From the NCBI GenBank assembly GCA_964510165.1, contig CAZEBC010000037.1, positions 13,971-25,786 on the forward strand: 11,816 nucleotides of DNA, in the 5' to 3' direction. The notes below the pieces were generated by a model. That model saw only the letters and a program-made list of their open reading frames with translations. It had not been told where the DNA came from and made no database searches. Shown one piece after another: positions 1 through 8,889 of this stretch. Within the stretch, counting starts at the first letter, position 1, and each line of letters opens with the position of its first letter. The stretch comes from an uncultured bacterium. GTDB taxonomy: Bacteria > Abyssobacteria > SURF-5. Position numbers and translations under genes: made by a program.

Positions 1-1409
1 TCGCCCTCGAGGGCGACCTCGCCTTCGTGTTCGCGCATATACATGTAAACGATGACCCTGATATAGTAATAGGCCGCGACGACGCTTGTGAGGACGCCGA
101 TGATCGCGAGAGGCCAGTTATCGGTCAGTACCGCGGCTTTGAATATATACAGTTTACCGATAAAGCCGAATGTAGGGGGTATGCCAGTCAGCGACAGCAT
201 CAGAACGGCCATCAGAAGAGCGGTTATCGGCTTGCGCTTGGCAAGGCCTGCGTAATCGGAGAGCGATTCGCGGGGGTCGTTGGCCTTAGCGAGGCTGATG
301 ACAATGGCAAACGCTCCCAAATTCATGAACATATAGGCGAACAGATACACGAGGACGCTCATCATGGACTCCGGCTTGAGCGCCTCCATGACCGCCGCGA
401 GCTTCGGGTCACCCGAGGTTCTTGCCAGTTCGGTTGCCGAGCCGGCGGCCACAATGCCAATGAGCAGATAGCCTGCGTGCGCGATAGACGAGTACGCAAG
501 CATCCGTTTGATGTTCTGCTGGGAGACGGCGATGACGTTGCCGACGATCATCGTGAGGACCGACAATACCCAGAAGAGCAGTGTCCAGTCCGGAATCAGC
601 AAGTTAAATGATGTCATGTACACCCGCAGGATAACTGCGAATCCGGCGACCTTGGGGCCGACGGACATAAAGGCGGTCAACGGGGTCGGCGCTCCTTCGT
701 ACACGTCGGGAGTCCACATGTGAAACGGCACGGCGGCGATTTTGAAACCGAAGCCGACCGTCATCAGCACGAGCGACAGCGTAATCAGCCTTGAGTTCAG
801 CATGTTTTGCGTGAAGTCAAGGTAGCGTTGGATCCCGACAAGGTTGGTCGTTCCGGTGATCCCGTAGAAAAAGGACATTCCATAGAGCAAGACGGCCGAT
901 GCGAATGCTCCGAGGAGGAAATACTTCATTGAGGCCTCGGACGAGCGCGGATTCTCCCTCTGGAACCCGGCCATAAGATAAATGGAAATGGACATGAGCT
1001 CGAGGCCGATGTAAATGGTGATGAGGTCATTGGCGGCGACCATCACCATCATGCCGACGGTGGAGAAGAGTATCAGTTCGTAGTACTCGGCGGCATTGAT
1101 GTTGAAGAGCCGCAGATAGCGGGGCGACATGAGTATGGAGAAAGCGGCGGAAAGGACGAATATCAGTTTGAAAAACTGGGCGTAAGGGTCGACGGCCACC
1201 ATTCCGCCAAAGGCGGTTTCCTTTCGGTCCCAGATGAGCATGAGCAGCGTGATGAGAAAGGCAACGGCCAATCCCACGACGCCGATGGCAGTCAGCCCTG
1301 CCGGACGCTCTTTCTTCGCCAACAAGTCCACCACCAGCACGGTGAGCCCCACCAGCCCAACAATGAACTCAGGATAGACAGCCGTAATATCGACAACCGG
1401 AAGTTGCAT
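1..1409 (-). CDS. nuoN: NADH-quinone oxidoreductase subunit N (antiporter-like); 3' end runs off the window
   Basis: Not in the ORF track because it has no stop in the window; translated by hand from ATG at 1409 (GGAG RBS at 1420..1417): MQLPVVDITAVYPEFIVGLVGLTVLVVDLL...YIGLELMSISIY...SEASMKYFLLGAFAS...GFKIAAVPFHMWTPDVYEGAPTP...GPKVAGF...NIKRMLAYSSIAHAGY...SLTGIPPTFGFIGKLYIF...AYYYIRVIVYMY. The frame is open to the window edge, and the characteristic NuoN charged residues are intact. Confidence 0.96.
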   Translation of the reverse strand, partial: MQLPVVDITAVYPEFIVGLVGLTVLVVDLLAKKERPAGLTAIGVVGLAVAFLITLLMLIWDRKETAFGGMVAVDPYAQFFKLIFVLSAAFSILMSPRYLRLFNINAAEYYELILFSTVGMMVMVAANDLITIYIGLELMSISIYLMAGFQRENPRSSEASMKYFLLGAFASAVLLYGMSFFYGITGTTNLVGIQRYLDFTQNMLNSRLITLSLVLMTVGFGFKIAAVPFHMWTPDVYEGAPTPLTAFMSVGPKVAGFAVILRVYMTSFNLLIPDWTLLFWVLSVLTMIVGNVIAVSQQNIKRMLAYSSIAHAGYLLIGIVAAGSATELARTSGDPKLAAVMEALKPESMMSVLVYLFAYMFMNLGAFAIVISLAKANDPRESLSDYAGLAKRKPITALLMAVLMLSLTGIPPTFGFIGKLYIFKAAVLTDNWPLAIIGVLTSVVAAYYYIRVIVYMYMREHEGEVALEG

Positions 1410-1422
1410 TCTTCAGCTCCAC

Positions 1423-3264
1423 CTAATGGCCTGCAGGGCCTGATTGTCCTGGATGTTCGGGGGCTTGAGCTTCAACCCCGTGAACCGCCCCGACGGGCGG
1501 ATGCGCAGCTTCTCCCTGATGGACCTTTGCTCCGACGGACTGCATGCCTTCTTCGCCGCTCATGCCTGCATGCGAATCGGGCATTATCGGCGGATGACCG
1601 GGCGGTAGGATCGGTGGATGATCGGGTGGCAGGCTCAGTTCAAGGCCCGCCGGATGGCCCTGCCCTTTCATGCGGGCTTGTTCCAGCATCAGTTGCTTTT
1701 CTGCGAGTGCAGCCTTTGGATTAGAAACTTCAACGGTTTTCGCCACGGCGGCATCCATGAATTCGAGGAAGGGCTTCGGGTACAGCCCTATCCAAGCGCA
1801 CATAAGCACAATGGGGATGAGCGTCATGGCTTCCCGCAGGTCGAGGTCCTTCAAGGTCATGTTCTTCGGGTTTTCGAGCTTGCCGAACATCACGCGCTGA
1901 TACAGCCAGAGCATATAAGCGGCGCCCAGCACGATACCACTGGTGGCAAGCAGCACAAGCGTTCTTGAGACGGCAGTGTTCACGACGGCCGCCTCGTTCC
2001 ATAGTGCTCGGAAAGCGCCGACAAGGATCGTGAATTCGCCGATGAACCCGTTGAGTCCCGGCAGTCCGATCGAGGAGAGGGTGACCACCATAAACAGCGC
2101 AGCGTACAGCGGCATCTGTTTGCTGAGCCCTCCGAACTCCTTGATCATGCGAGTATGCCTGCGTTCGTAAATGAGGCCGACCACAAGGAACAGCGCCCCG
2201 GTGCTCAGGCCGTGGTTAATCATTTGAAGAATACCGCCTTCGATGCCCTGCTGGTTGAGCGCAAACACGCCGAGCATCACAAAGCCCAAGTGGCTGACGC
2301 TGGAATACGCAACCAGTTTCTTCATGTCGGGTTGCATCATCGCGGTCAGGGCGCCATAGACGATCCCGACGACGGCAAGTATGATGCCGTAAGGCATGAA
2401 CCACATGGTCGCATCGGGGAACAGCGGCAGACTGAACCTCACGAAGCCGTAGGTGCCCATTTTCAGCAAGACGCCGGCCAGGATGACGCTGCCCGCCGTA
2501 GGCGCCTCGGTGTGGGCGTCGGGCAACCAGGTATGGAACGGGAACATTGGCACCTTGATCGCGAAACCGACAAAGAAGGCGAGGAACAACCACTTCTCGA
2601 TATGGAACGGGATATCGAGGGCGTAGAACTTCATGATCTCGAAGGTGAGCACGTTGTGTTCCTGATAGTACAGGAAGTAAAGACCGAGGATCGCGAGCAG
2701 CATGAGCACGCTGCCTGCGAGCGTGTACAGGAAGAACTTTATCGCAGCATAGAGTTTGCGCTCGCCGCCCCACACGCCGATGAGGAAGTACATCGGAACC
2801 AGCATGACTTCCCAGAACACGTAGAAGAGGAAGAAGTCAAGCGAGAAGAACACGCCCAACATGCCGGTCTGAAGCAAGAGCATGAACACATAGTATTCCT
2901 TCACGCGCTCCTGTATTGCGGTCCACGACGAGAGCACCGCGAGCACGCCCAGGAACGTCGTGAGCATCACCAGAAGGATGCTGATGCCGTCAACGCCGAA
3001 GAAGTACTGAACGCCGAGGCTCTCGATCCATGGGACCTGTTCGACAAACTGAACGACGTGCCGGTCCTTGGCGAACCCCGTTATAAGGCGGAGCGAAATG
3101 ATGAAATCGACCAGGACCACGATGTTGGAGAACCATCGGATCGTGTTGTCTCGGCGCAGAAACAGCATTATGATGAGCGCGCCGAGAACCGGGATATAGG
3201 TGATTATCGAGAGTATGGGCCACTTCAGCCCCATGTCGTAATAGTTTAGTATTTCGGGCGTCAA
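1423..3264 (-). CDS. nuoM: NADH-quinone oxidoreductase subunit M, with a long His/Pro-rich C-terminal tail
   Basis: Motifs GVDGIS, FYVFWEVMLVPMYFLIGVWGG, FAIKVPMFPFHTWLPDAHTEAPT, LLKMGTYG, KKLVAYSSVSHLG, GLPGLNGFIGEF. TTG start preceded by GGGAGAG. Lies between nuoL and nuoN. Confidence 0.96.
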   Translation of the reverse strand: MTPEILNYYDMGLKWPILSIITYIPVLGALIIMLFLRRDNTIRWFSNIVVLVDFIISLRLITGFAKDRHVVQFVEQVPWIESLGVQYFFGVDGISILLVMLTTFLGVLAVLSSWTAIQERVKEYYVFMLLLQTGMLGVFFSLDFFLFYVFWEVMLVPMYFLIGVWGGERKLYAAIKFFLYTLAGSVLMLLAILGLYFLYYQEHNVLTFEIMKFYALDIPFHIEKWLFLAFFVGFAIKVPMFPFHTWLPDAHTEAPTAGSVILAGVLLKMGTYGFVRFSLPLFPDATMWFMPYGIILAVVGIVYGALTAMMQPDMKKLVAYSSVSHLGFVMLGVFALNQQGIEGGILQMINHGLSTGALFLVVGLIYERRHTRMIKEFGGLSKQMPLYAALFMVVTLSSIGLPGLNGFIGEFTILVGAFRALWNEAAVVNTAVSRTLVLLATSGIVLGAAYMLWLYQRVMFGKLENPKNMTLKDLDLREAMTLIPIVLMCAWIGLYPKPFLEFMDAAVAKTVEVSNPKAALAEKQLMLEQARMKGQGHPAGLELSLPPDHPPILPPGHPPIMPDSHAGMSGEEGMQSVGAKVHQGEAAHPPVGAVHGVEAQAPEHPGQSGPAGH

Positions 3265-3312
3265 CTCTTAACTCTCCCTTCCTTGGAAAGTTTGCAACAA
3301 CTTGCCTTCCCG

Positions 3313-5433
3313 TTATCTCAATACAATATAAATGCCCAGAAGCAGGATGATCCCGATCGCCATCGCCAGAGCGTAATTCTGAACGTAGCCCGTCTGGATG
3401 CGTCTGAGCATGCCACTTCCAACCTCAATCACTCTTCCCGCAAGGTTAACAAGACCGTCGATGACGCCGCCGTCAAACAGGATGGAGGCGCTGCTGAAGG
3501 CCCGTGTCGCGTAAGCGGCCCCGTTGACTATGCCATCGATAATGTTGGCGTCAAACCAGCAGAGGACAAGCGCGAACTGCTTGGTCCCGTTCACAAAGGC
3601 AAAGTTATAAATCTCGTCAACGTACCATTTGTTCAAGAGCGTCTTATGGAGCCGCGGGAGCTTAAATTGGAGCAGGAGCGGAATATTGGTATTCTTAATG
3701 TACATATAATAGCCGGTACCGATGCCGGCGCCTGCAATCAAGACGGAGACCGCCATCATGAGAAGCTCGAGGGAGCGCGAATGTTCTTCGCCTGCGGATG
3801 CGCCATGGGAAACGACCTCAGCGGCGTAGGCCAGCCCGCTTGTTATGGCGGCGTGCGCCCCATGCCCGCCGTGGGCCGCCTTGTCAACTATCGGCGCCAA
3901 GAAATGGTGGAAATGATTTGCTCCGCCGAGAGCGGCCGGCACGCCCACAAGGCCGCCTATGACCGACAAAACGGCGAGCGCCATGAGCGGATATATCATC
4001 GAGCCGGGCGACTCGTGCAGGTGATGCGCGGCCTCATGTGAAACCCTCGACTCACCATAGAAAGTCATGAATACAAGGCGCGACATATAGAATGCGGTCA
4101 TGAGCGCCGCGGTCGCGGCGACCGCCCAAAGGAACTTTCCCCACAGCGGGCCGAGGACCGGGGATTCATAGGTGAACGCCTTCCAGAGTATTTCGTCCTT
4201 GCTGAAAAATCCGGAGAACGGCGGTATTCCTGAGATGGCAAGATACGCGCACATGAACGTCCACCAGGTGTGTTTCATGTGTTTCCTGAGGCCGCCCATG
4301 TTGCGCATGTCTTGGTCGCCACTCATGCCGTGGATGACGCTGCCGGCCCCGAGGAACAGGAGGGCTTTGAAGAAAGCGTGAGTCATAAGATGGAAGATAC
4401 CTGCAGCATACGAAGCGACGCCGCAGGCCAGGAACATGTATCCGAGCTGGCTGACCGTTGAGTAGGCCAAGACCTTCTTTATGTCGTACTGAGCCATGCC
4501 GATGGTTGCCGAGAAGAACGCCGTGGCCGCCCCGACAGCAGCAACGACGGCGAGCGTGACGGGCGCCATCGAATACAGGGCGTTGCTGCGAGCTATCATA
4601 TATACGCCCGACGTAACCATCGTAGCGGCATGGATGAGCGCGCTGGTTGGAGTCGGGCCCTCCATCGCGTCCGGCAGCCACACGTAGAGTGGAATCTGCG
4701 CCGACTTGCCCGTCGCGCCCACGAAGAGAAACAGGGTAATCAAGGTAACGAGGGCGCCGCCCGCCTGGAGCTTGTGGGGCGCTTGCGCAAACACGTCCTG
4801 GTAATCAAGCGTGCCGAAAGTCAGAAATATCAACATCATTCCGAGCACGAACCCAAAGTCGCCGATGCGGTTAGTGACGAATGCCTTCTTCCCCGCGTTC
4901 GCGGCTGAGTCCTTCTCGAACCAGAACCCGATGAGAAGGTAAGAGCACAGTCCGACGCCTTCCCATCCGATAAACATCATAAGGAAATTGCCGCCCAGGA
5001 CGAGGATCAGCATGGCGCAGGTGAACAGATTCATGTATGCGAAGAAGCGGTACTGGCCGCCATCGCCGTGCATGTATCCCTTCGAGTAGACATGGATGAG
5101 GAAGCCGACACCGGTGACAACGAGGATCATGACCGACGAGAGCGCGTCAAGCTGGAACTTGAACGGTACCCTGAACGCCCCCATTTCGATCCAAGTGTAG
5201 ACTTCCTTTGTGAAGATGCGGGCGCCTTCCTCGTTCGGCATGATGCGCGACAGGGCGAGCACGCAGAGGACGGACGTTACAAAAGAGAGGAATATGGATG
5301 TGCACCCGATGACAGCAGGGACCAGTTCGGTCTTGCCCTGGAAAAATTTTCTGCCAAGGAGTCCTATCGTCAGGAAACCGATGAAAGGGAACAGCGGAAT
5401 TAACCAGATGTACTCTAGTACGTTGGTCATCAT
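3313..5433 (-). CDS. nuoL: NADH-quinone oxidoreductase subunit L, with an extended amphipathic helix
   Basis: Motifs LIHVYSKGYM, FIGWEGVGLCSYLLIGFW, KKAFVTNRIGDFG, GKSAQIPLYVWLPDAMEGPTPTSALIHAATMV, HLMTHAFFKALLFL, FSKDEIL, and C-terminal QTGYVQNYAL followed by a final TM. Confidence 0.97.
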   Translation of the reverse strand: MMTNVLEYIWLIPLFPFIGFLTIGLLGRKFFQGKTELVPAVIGCTSIFLSFVTSVLCVLALSRIMPNEEGARIFTKEVYTWIEMGAFRVPFKFQLDALSSVMILVVTGVGFLIHVYSKGYMHGDGGQYRFFAYMNLFTCAMLILVLGGNFLMMFIGWEGVGLCSYLLIGFWFEKDSAANAGKKAFVTNRIGDFGFVLGMMLIFLTFGTLDYQDVFAQAPHKLQAGGALVTLITLFLFVGATGKSAQIPLYVWLPDAMEGPTPTSALIHAATMVTSGVYMIARSNALYSMAPVTLAVVAAVGAATAFFSATIGMAQYDIKKVLAYSTVSQLGYMFLACGVASYAAGIFHLMTHAFFKALLFLGAGSVIHGMSGDQDMRNMGGLRKHMKHTWWTFMCAYLAISGIPPFSGFFSKDEILWKAFTYESPVLGPLWGKFLWAVAATAALMTAFYMSRLVFMTFYGESRVSHEAAHHLHESPGSMIYPLMALAVLSVIGGLVGVPAALGGANHFHHFLAPIVDKAAHGGHGAHAAITSGLAYAAEVVSHGASAGEEHSRSLELLMMAVSVLIAGAGIGTGYYMYIKNTNIPLLLQFKLPRLHKTLLNKWYVDEIYNFAFVNGTKQFALVLCWFDANIIDGIVNGAAYATRAFSSASILFDGGVIDGLVNLAGRVIEVGSGMLRRIQTGYVQNYALAMAIGIILLLGIYIVLR

Positions 5434-5454
5434 GTATGCCTTATCGCAGTTCTG

Positions 5455-5757
5455 TCACCATTTCAGAGAGTTTGCTTCGTCCACGTTGACGGCCCGGCTG
5501 ACCCTGAAGAGCGCAATCAATATGGCAAGGCCGGTGGCTGCCTCGGCCGCGGCCACCGTAATCACAAACACGGCGAACACCTGTCCGTGAGCCGAGTTGA
5601 GCTGGTTGGAGAAGGCCACCAGGTTGAGCCCGACGGCGTTGAGCATCAATTCTATCGACATGAAGATCACTATCAGGTTCCGTCTAATAAGGAACCCGAG
5701 CATCCCGATGCAGAACAGCACGGCGCCAAGCATCATCGAATGGGAAAGCGGAATCAT
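5455..5757 (-). CDS. nuoK: NADH-quinone oxidoreductase subunit K
   Basis: 100 aa with 3 TMs; [17 protein letters not shown] and [21 protein letters not shown] retain both conserved Glu. Its start overlaps the nuoJ stop (ATGA at 5757..5754). Confidence 0.96.
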   Translation of the reverse strand: MIPLSHSMMLGAVLFCIGMLGFLIRRNLIVIFMSIELMLNAVGLNLVAFSNQLNSAHGQVFAVFVITVAAAEAATGLAILIALFRVSRAVNVDEANSLKW

Positions 5758-6293
5758 CCGGCATGCTCCTTGATTGCGGATTCGGCGGGTTTCTTTGCGC
5801 GACGGGCAAGGATCACCGACCCTATCATAGCCACGAGCAGCAACACCGAAGCGATTTCAAATGGATACAAGTACGTGAGGAACAGTTCGCTGGCAAAATC
5901 GCGAGTTGTGTCAGCACGTACAACAGGCTCGACATCTTCTATGCTGAATGGGGTAATGCCCGGCCCGCTCACCTGAAGGATGATCACCATCAACAGGGCT
6001 GCGAACAGGACGGCAAAGAAAATCTGCCTAGGCTTGTGGAAGGCGGCCCGGACCGCCGCTTCTTTGGAGAGGTCCACGAGCATTATCACAAAGACATACA
6101 ACACGAGCACTCCGCCGGCGTAAATAATCAACTGCACGGCAGCCACAAACTCGGCGCTGAGCAGGAGATAGATTCCCGCGAGGCTGAAAAGCGTCACGAG
6201 CAGCCACAGGGCGGAATGCATGGGATTACGGCGGGTCACGACCATTACAGCGGACGCCAGAGCCACCGTGCCAAGGATATAAAATGAGGGCAT
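5754..6293 (-). CDS. nuoJ: NADH-quinone oxidoreductase subunit J
   Basis: [36 protein letters not shown], and [30 protein letters not shown] lies 3 nt after the stop of the upstream gene, with an AAGGA RBS inside that gene's 3' end. Confidence 0.94.
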   Translation of the reverse strand: MPSFYILGTVALASAVMVVTRRNPMHSALWLLVTLFSLAGIYLLLSAEFVAAVQLIIYAGGVLVLYVFVIMLVDLSKEAAVRAAFHKPRQIFFAVLFAALLMVIILQVSGPGITPFSIEDVEPVVRADTTRDFASELFLTYLYPFEIASVLLLVAMIGSVILARRAKKPAESAIKEHAG

Positions 6294-6296
6294 CGC

Positions 6297-8885
6297 CTAT
6301 TCCTTCTTCGCACTGATGCCCGCAAGCCAAATCGGAGCGGGCTGCTCCGGCCTGAACACTGCGGCATCAAGTTTTCCGATCAATGCGCCCACAGTTTCGA
6401 AATCATGAGCTGGGACGCTGACGACTCCCGGCGGCAGTTCCCGGCTTATGCGCATGGGCAGTTTGGCAGAACCGCCACCTTTTACTCTTAACTCCACGAC
6501 AGCGCCGTCTTGAAGTCCCAGCGCCGCTGCATCATTTTCACTGAATTCCACCATTCCGTCAACACGCACCTTGCCCAGGCTCGCTGATCGCAGCGAGGTC
6601 CTTCCCCCAAAGTGGAGCATGTTATCGAATGTCAAGATGTAAGGATACTGGCCGTTGCCCGATGCCTGACTCTCCGTCACAACGGAAAGCCTGAGCCTTG
6701 TGCCGGCGGCTACCTTCGAGTAGTCCCAGGCGCCCACGCCGGCAAGCGGGTCGGCACCTATAAAATCATAAATGGGTGTCGAAGCGGCTATCTGGGAACG
6801 AGCCGCCTGAACTGTTTCCAATGCGGTCAACCCGAGCCTCTGCCCGAGCTCGGAGAGAATTTCAAGGTCCGAATATGCAGAACCAACGGGATCGATTGCC
6901 TTGCCGCTGTGCTGGACGATCCGGTAAGCATTTGTGTAGGATGCTTCGCGTTCCGCAAAACTGCAAGCGGGCAGAACAACGTGCGCCACCTCGGCGACAG
7001 GTCCGCCGAACACATCCTGCACGATCAGGCAATCAAGCCCCTGCAGCGACTCAAGCGGCACTCCGAGCAGGGCCATCTCCTTGCGAATGTCGCCGCCTAC
7101 CAGATAAAGAGCTTTTATGTCACCCGACTCGATACCATGAAGAATGGATGAAAGCCCGGCCGATCCGTTTGACACAGCCTCTTTGTAGCCTGGCAGGAAA
7201 TCGGGCGTGACGCCCATATCGAGCGCGCCTTGGGCGTTACCCTCCCGCAAGAGCGAGAGGGTCTTGCCACCCTTGAGCACGGCGAGGTTGACCGCGGCCC
7301 TGGCAATCGAGGAGTTCACGGCGGCATGAAGACTTCCCGGCGACAATACAACCAGGAAGTTCTTGGCGCTCGCAATACCTTCCGCGATTTCCGCAATGAT
7401 TGTTGGGTCAATCCCAGTGCGGGCGGCAGTGTCGTTGAGCGGGTATTTCATGAGATGCAGCCTGAGCTTATCAAAGCCTTCGGTGCGTCCTTTAAGGGCC
7501 GCCTCGTCAAGTGCGCCCTTCTCAACCATGATATTAGTGAGGCAATTGAGCAGTGCGGCCTCGGAGCCAGGTGTTGTTCGCGCATACTGGGTGCACTGCG
7601 TGGTAAACTTGTTCGAGCGGTGACCGACGACGTAGACCTTCGTTCCCTTCAAATGGAAGACGCGAAGCATCTCGAGGGCAGCCACCGGATGCGTGCAAAT
7701 AATATTTGAGTCAACTACCAGGATCGCGTCAGCATCATCTATGTCGGTGAGCGTCGCGGTTGGCGCGGGCACGCCGTATACGTCGGTCATTGTCTGCATG
7801 ACTGCGAAATTGTCGAGGCGAGCAAGGGTGTCCAGGGAATTGGCGCCGAGCCCGTCGCGCATCACCCGCTGGAATGCATAGAGGGCCTCGTTTGAGCAAC
7901 GAGCCGATGCCAGTCCGGCAACGCTGTTGCTTCCATGTTTCGAGATCGTCTTCTTCAGTTGATCGGCGGCATAATCGAGAGCCTCTTCCCACTCCACGTT
8001 CTTGAGGCTTCCGTTTTTGCGAATGGCCGGCGCAGTGAGGCGCGCTTCGCTGTGGACGGCATCCCTTCCAAACCTGCCGACCGAGCAGAGATTGCCTTTG
8101 TTATGTCCCTGGAAGTCGCGAACCGTGACCCGATAAACCTTATTGTTGCGGACGTTCAATTCGTGCGCGCAGCCGATCCCGCAGAAAGTGCATATCGAAT
8201 CCTTCTTCTCGAGTTGCCAGGCGCGCGCACTATAGCGAAACGTCGAGTCGATGATGGCGCCGACGGGGCAAACCGAGAGACATTGGGAACAACTTTCGCA
8301 CGGGTACCCGTCGAATTCGACCGGGCCCACTTTCGAGGCGAACCCGCTCCGAACCACGTAATCGATCGCGCGCGCTCCCTGCACTTCCTTGCAAATCTGA
8401 ACGCACCGCCCGCACATGATGCAGCGTGTGTGCCACAAGTCGAGCACCGGCGACAACTCCTCCTTGGTCTTTTCAGGCTTTGCCGACCAGAACGGCTGCT
8501 CGAGGACGCACATCTCGACGGTGATGTCCTGCACCTCGCATTCGCCCGCCTTGTCGCAGACCGGGCAGTCGAGCGGATGATGAAGGAGGACTAACTGGAG
8601 CATCTGTTTTCGCCGGCGGATGATTTCCTCGGTGTTGGTGCGAACGACCATTCCCTCACGCGCTTGAGTGTCACACGAGGCGACCGGCCTGTCCTCGCCC
8701 TCAACCTCGACAAGGCACACTCTGCATGCGCCGATGGGGAACAGTTTTGAATGATAGCAGAGGGTGGGAATATAGATTCCTGCCGATTCGGCTGCTTTGA
8801 GGATTGTCGTACCTTCGGGAACGCTTACCTTCTTGTCGTCTATAGTCAGATTTACCATCGGAAGTTCTTCTGCCCTTTGCTCCAT
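6297..8885 (-). CDS. sfrA: SfrA-like / NuoG-like iron-sulfur protein (molybdopterin-oxidoreductase fold without the Mo-ligand Cys); alpha subunit of an NADPH oxidoreductase module
   Basis: 2Fe-2S motif (PTLCYH..GACRVC..ASC), His-ligated cluster (HPLDCPVCDKAGEC), two ferredoxin-type motifs (CIMCGRCVQIC; CESCSQCLSVCP) and CTFCGIGC...NLC. The site equivalent to the FdhF Cys/Sec ligand reads DTLARLDN. Paired with an SfrB-like gene, as in Geobacter sfrBA (recognised from memory, not by search). Alternative start at 8858 (MVNLTID). Confidence 0.8.
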   Translation of the reverse strand: MEQRAEELPMVNLTIDDKKVSVPEGTTILKAAESAGIYIPTLCYHSKLFPIGACRVCLVEVEGEDRPVASCDTQAREGMVVRTNTEEIIRRRKQMLQLVLLHHPLDCPVCDKAGECEVQDITVEMCVLEQPFWSAKPEKTKEELSPVLDLWHTRCIMCGRCVQICKEVQGARAIDYVVRSGFASKVGPVEFDGYPCESCSQCLSVCPVGAIIDSTFRYSARAWQLEKKDSICTFCGIGCAHELNVRNNKVYRVTVRDFQGHNKGNLCSVGRFGRDAVHSEARLTAPAIRKNGSLKNVEWEEALDYAADQLKKTISKHGSNSVAGLASARCSNEALYAFQRVMRDGLGANSLDTLARLDNFAVMQTMTDVYGVPAPTATLTDIDDADAILVVDSNIICTHPVAALEMLRVFHLKGTKVYVVGHRSNKFTTQCTQYARTTPGSEAALLNCLTNIMVEKGALDEAALKGRTEGFDKLRLHLMKYPLNDTAARTGIDPTIIAEIAEGIASAKNFLVVLSPGSLHAAVNSSIARAAVNLAVLKGGKTLSLLREGNAQGALDMGVTPDFLPGYKEAVSNGSAGLSSILHGIESGDIKALYLVGGDIRKEMALLGVPLESLQGLDCLIVQDVFGGPVAEVAHVVLPACSFAEREASYTNAYRIVQHSGKAIDPVGSAYSDLEILSELGQRLGLTALETVQAARSQIAASTPIYDFIGADPLAGVGAWDYSKVAAGTRLRLSVVTESQASGNGQYPYILTFDNMLHFGGRTSLRSASLGKVRVDGMVEFSENDAAALGLQDGAVVELRVKGGGSAKLPMRISRELPPGVVSVPAHDFETVGALIGKLDAAVFRPEQPAPIWLAGISAKKE

Positions 8886-8889
8886 GCCC

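Noticed and set aside
2155-3249. 364-aa plus-strand ORF (also 27..611, 3283..4041, 5763..6287, 7935..8594, 9127..10146 and other short ORFs)
   Set aside because: Antisense or alternate-frame shadows of well-supported minus-strand genes in GC-rich DNA. The composition (H/Q/E/D/R-rich mirror of hydrophobic codons) shows no recognisable domain.
1-6293. Mrp Na+/H+ antiporter or hydrogenase-4/Ech membrane module
   Set aside because: Separate NuoJ and NuoK plus distinct L, M and N with complex I-type motifs; no MrpE/F/G and no NiFe large subunit in the window.
6297-8885. Formate dehydrogenase alpha subunit / nitrate reductase call
   Set aside because: It lacks the Cys/Sec-His Mo-ligand motif (ARLDN instead), has no in-frame TGA, and lacks the LCxKG Lys.
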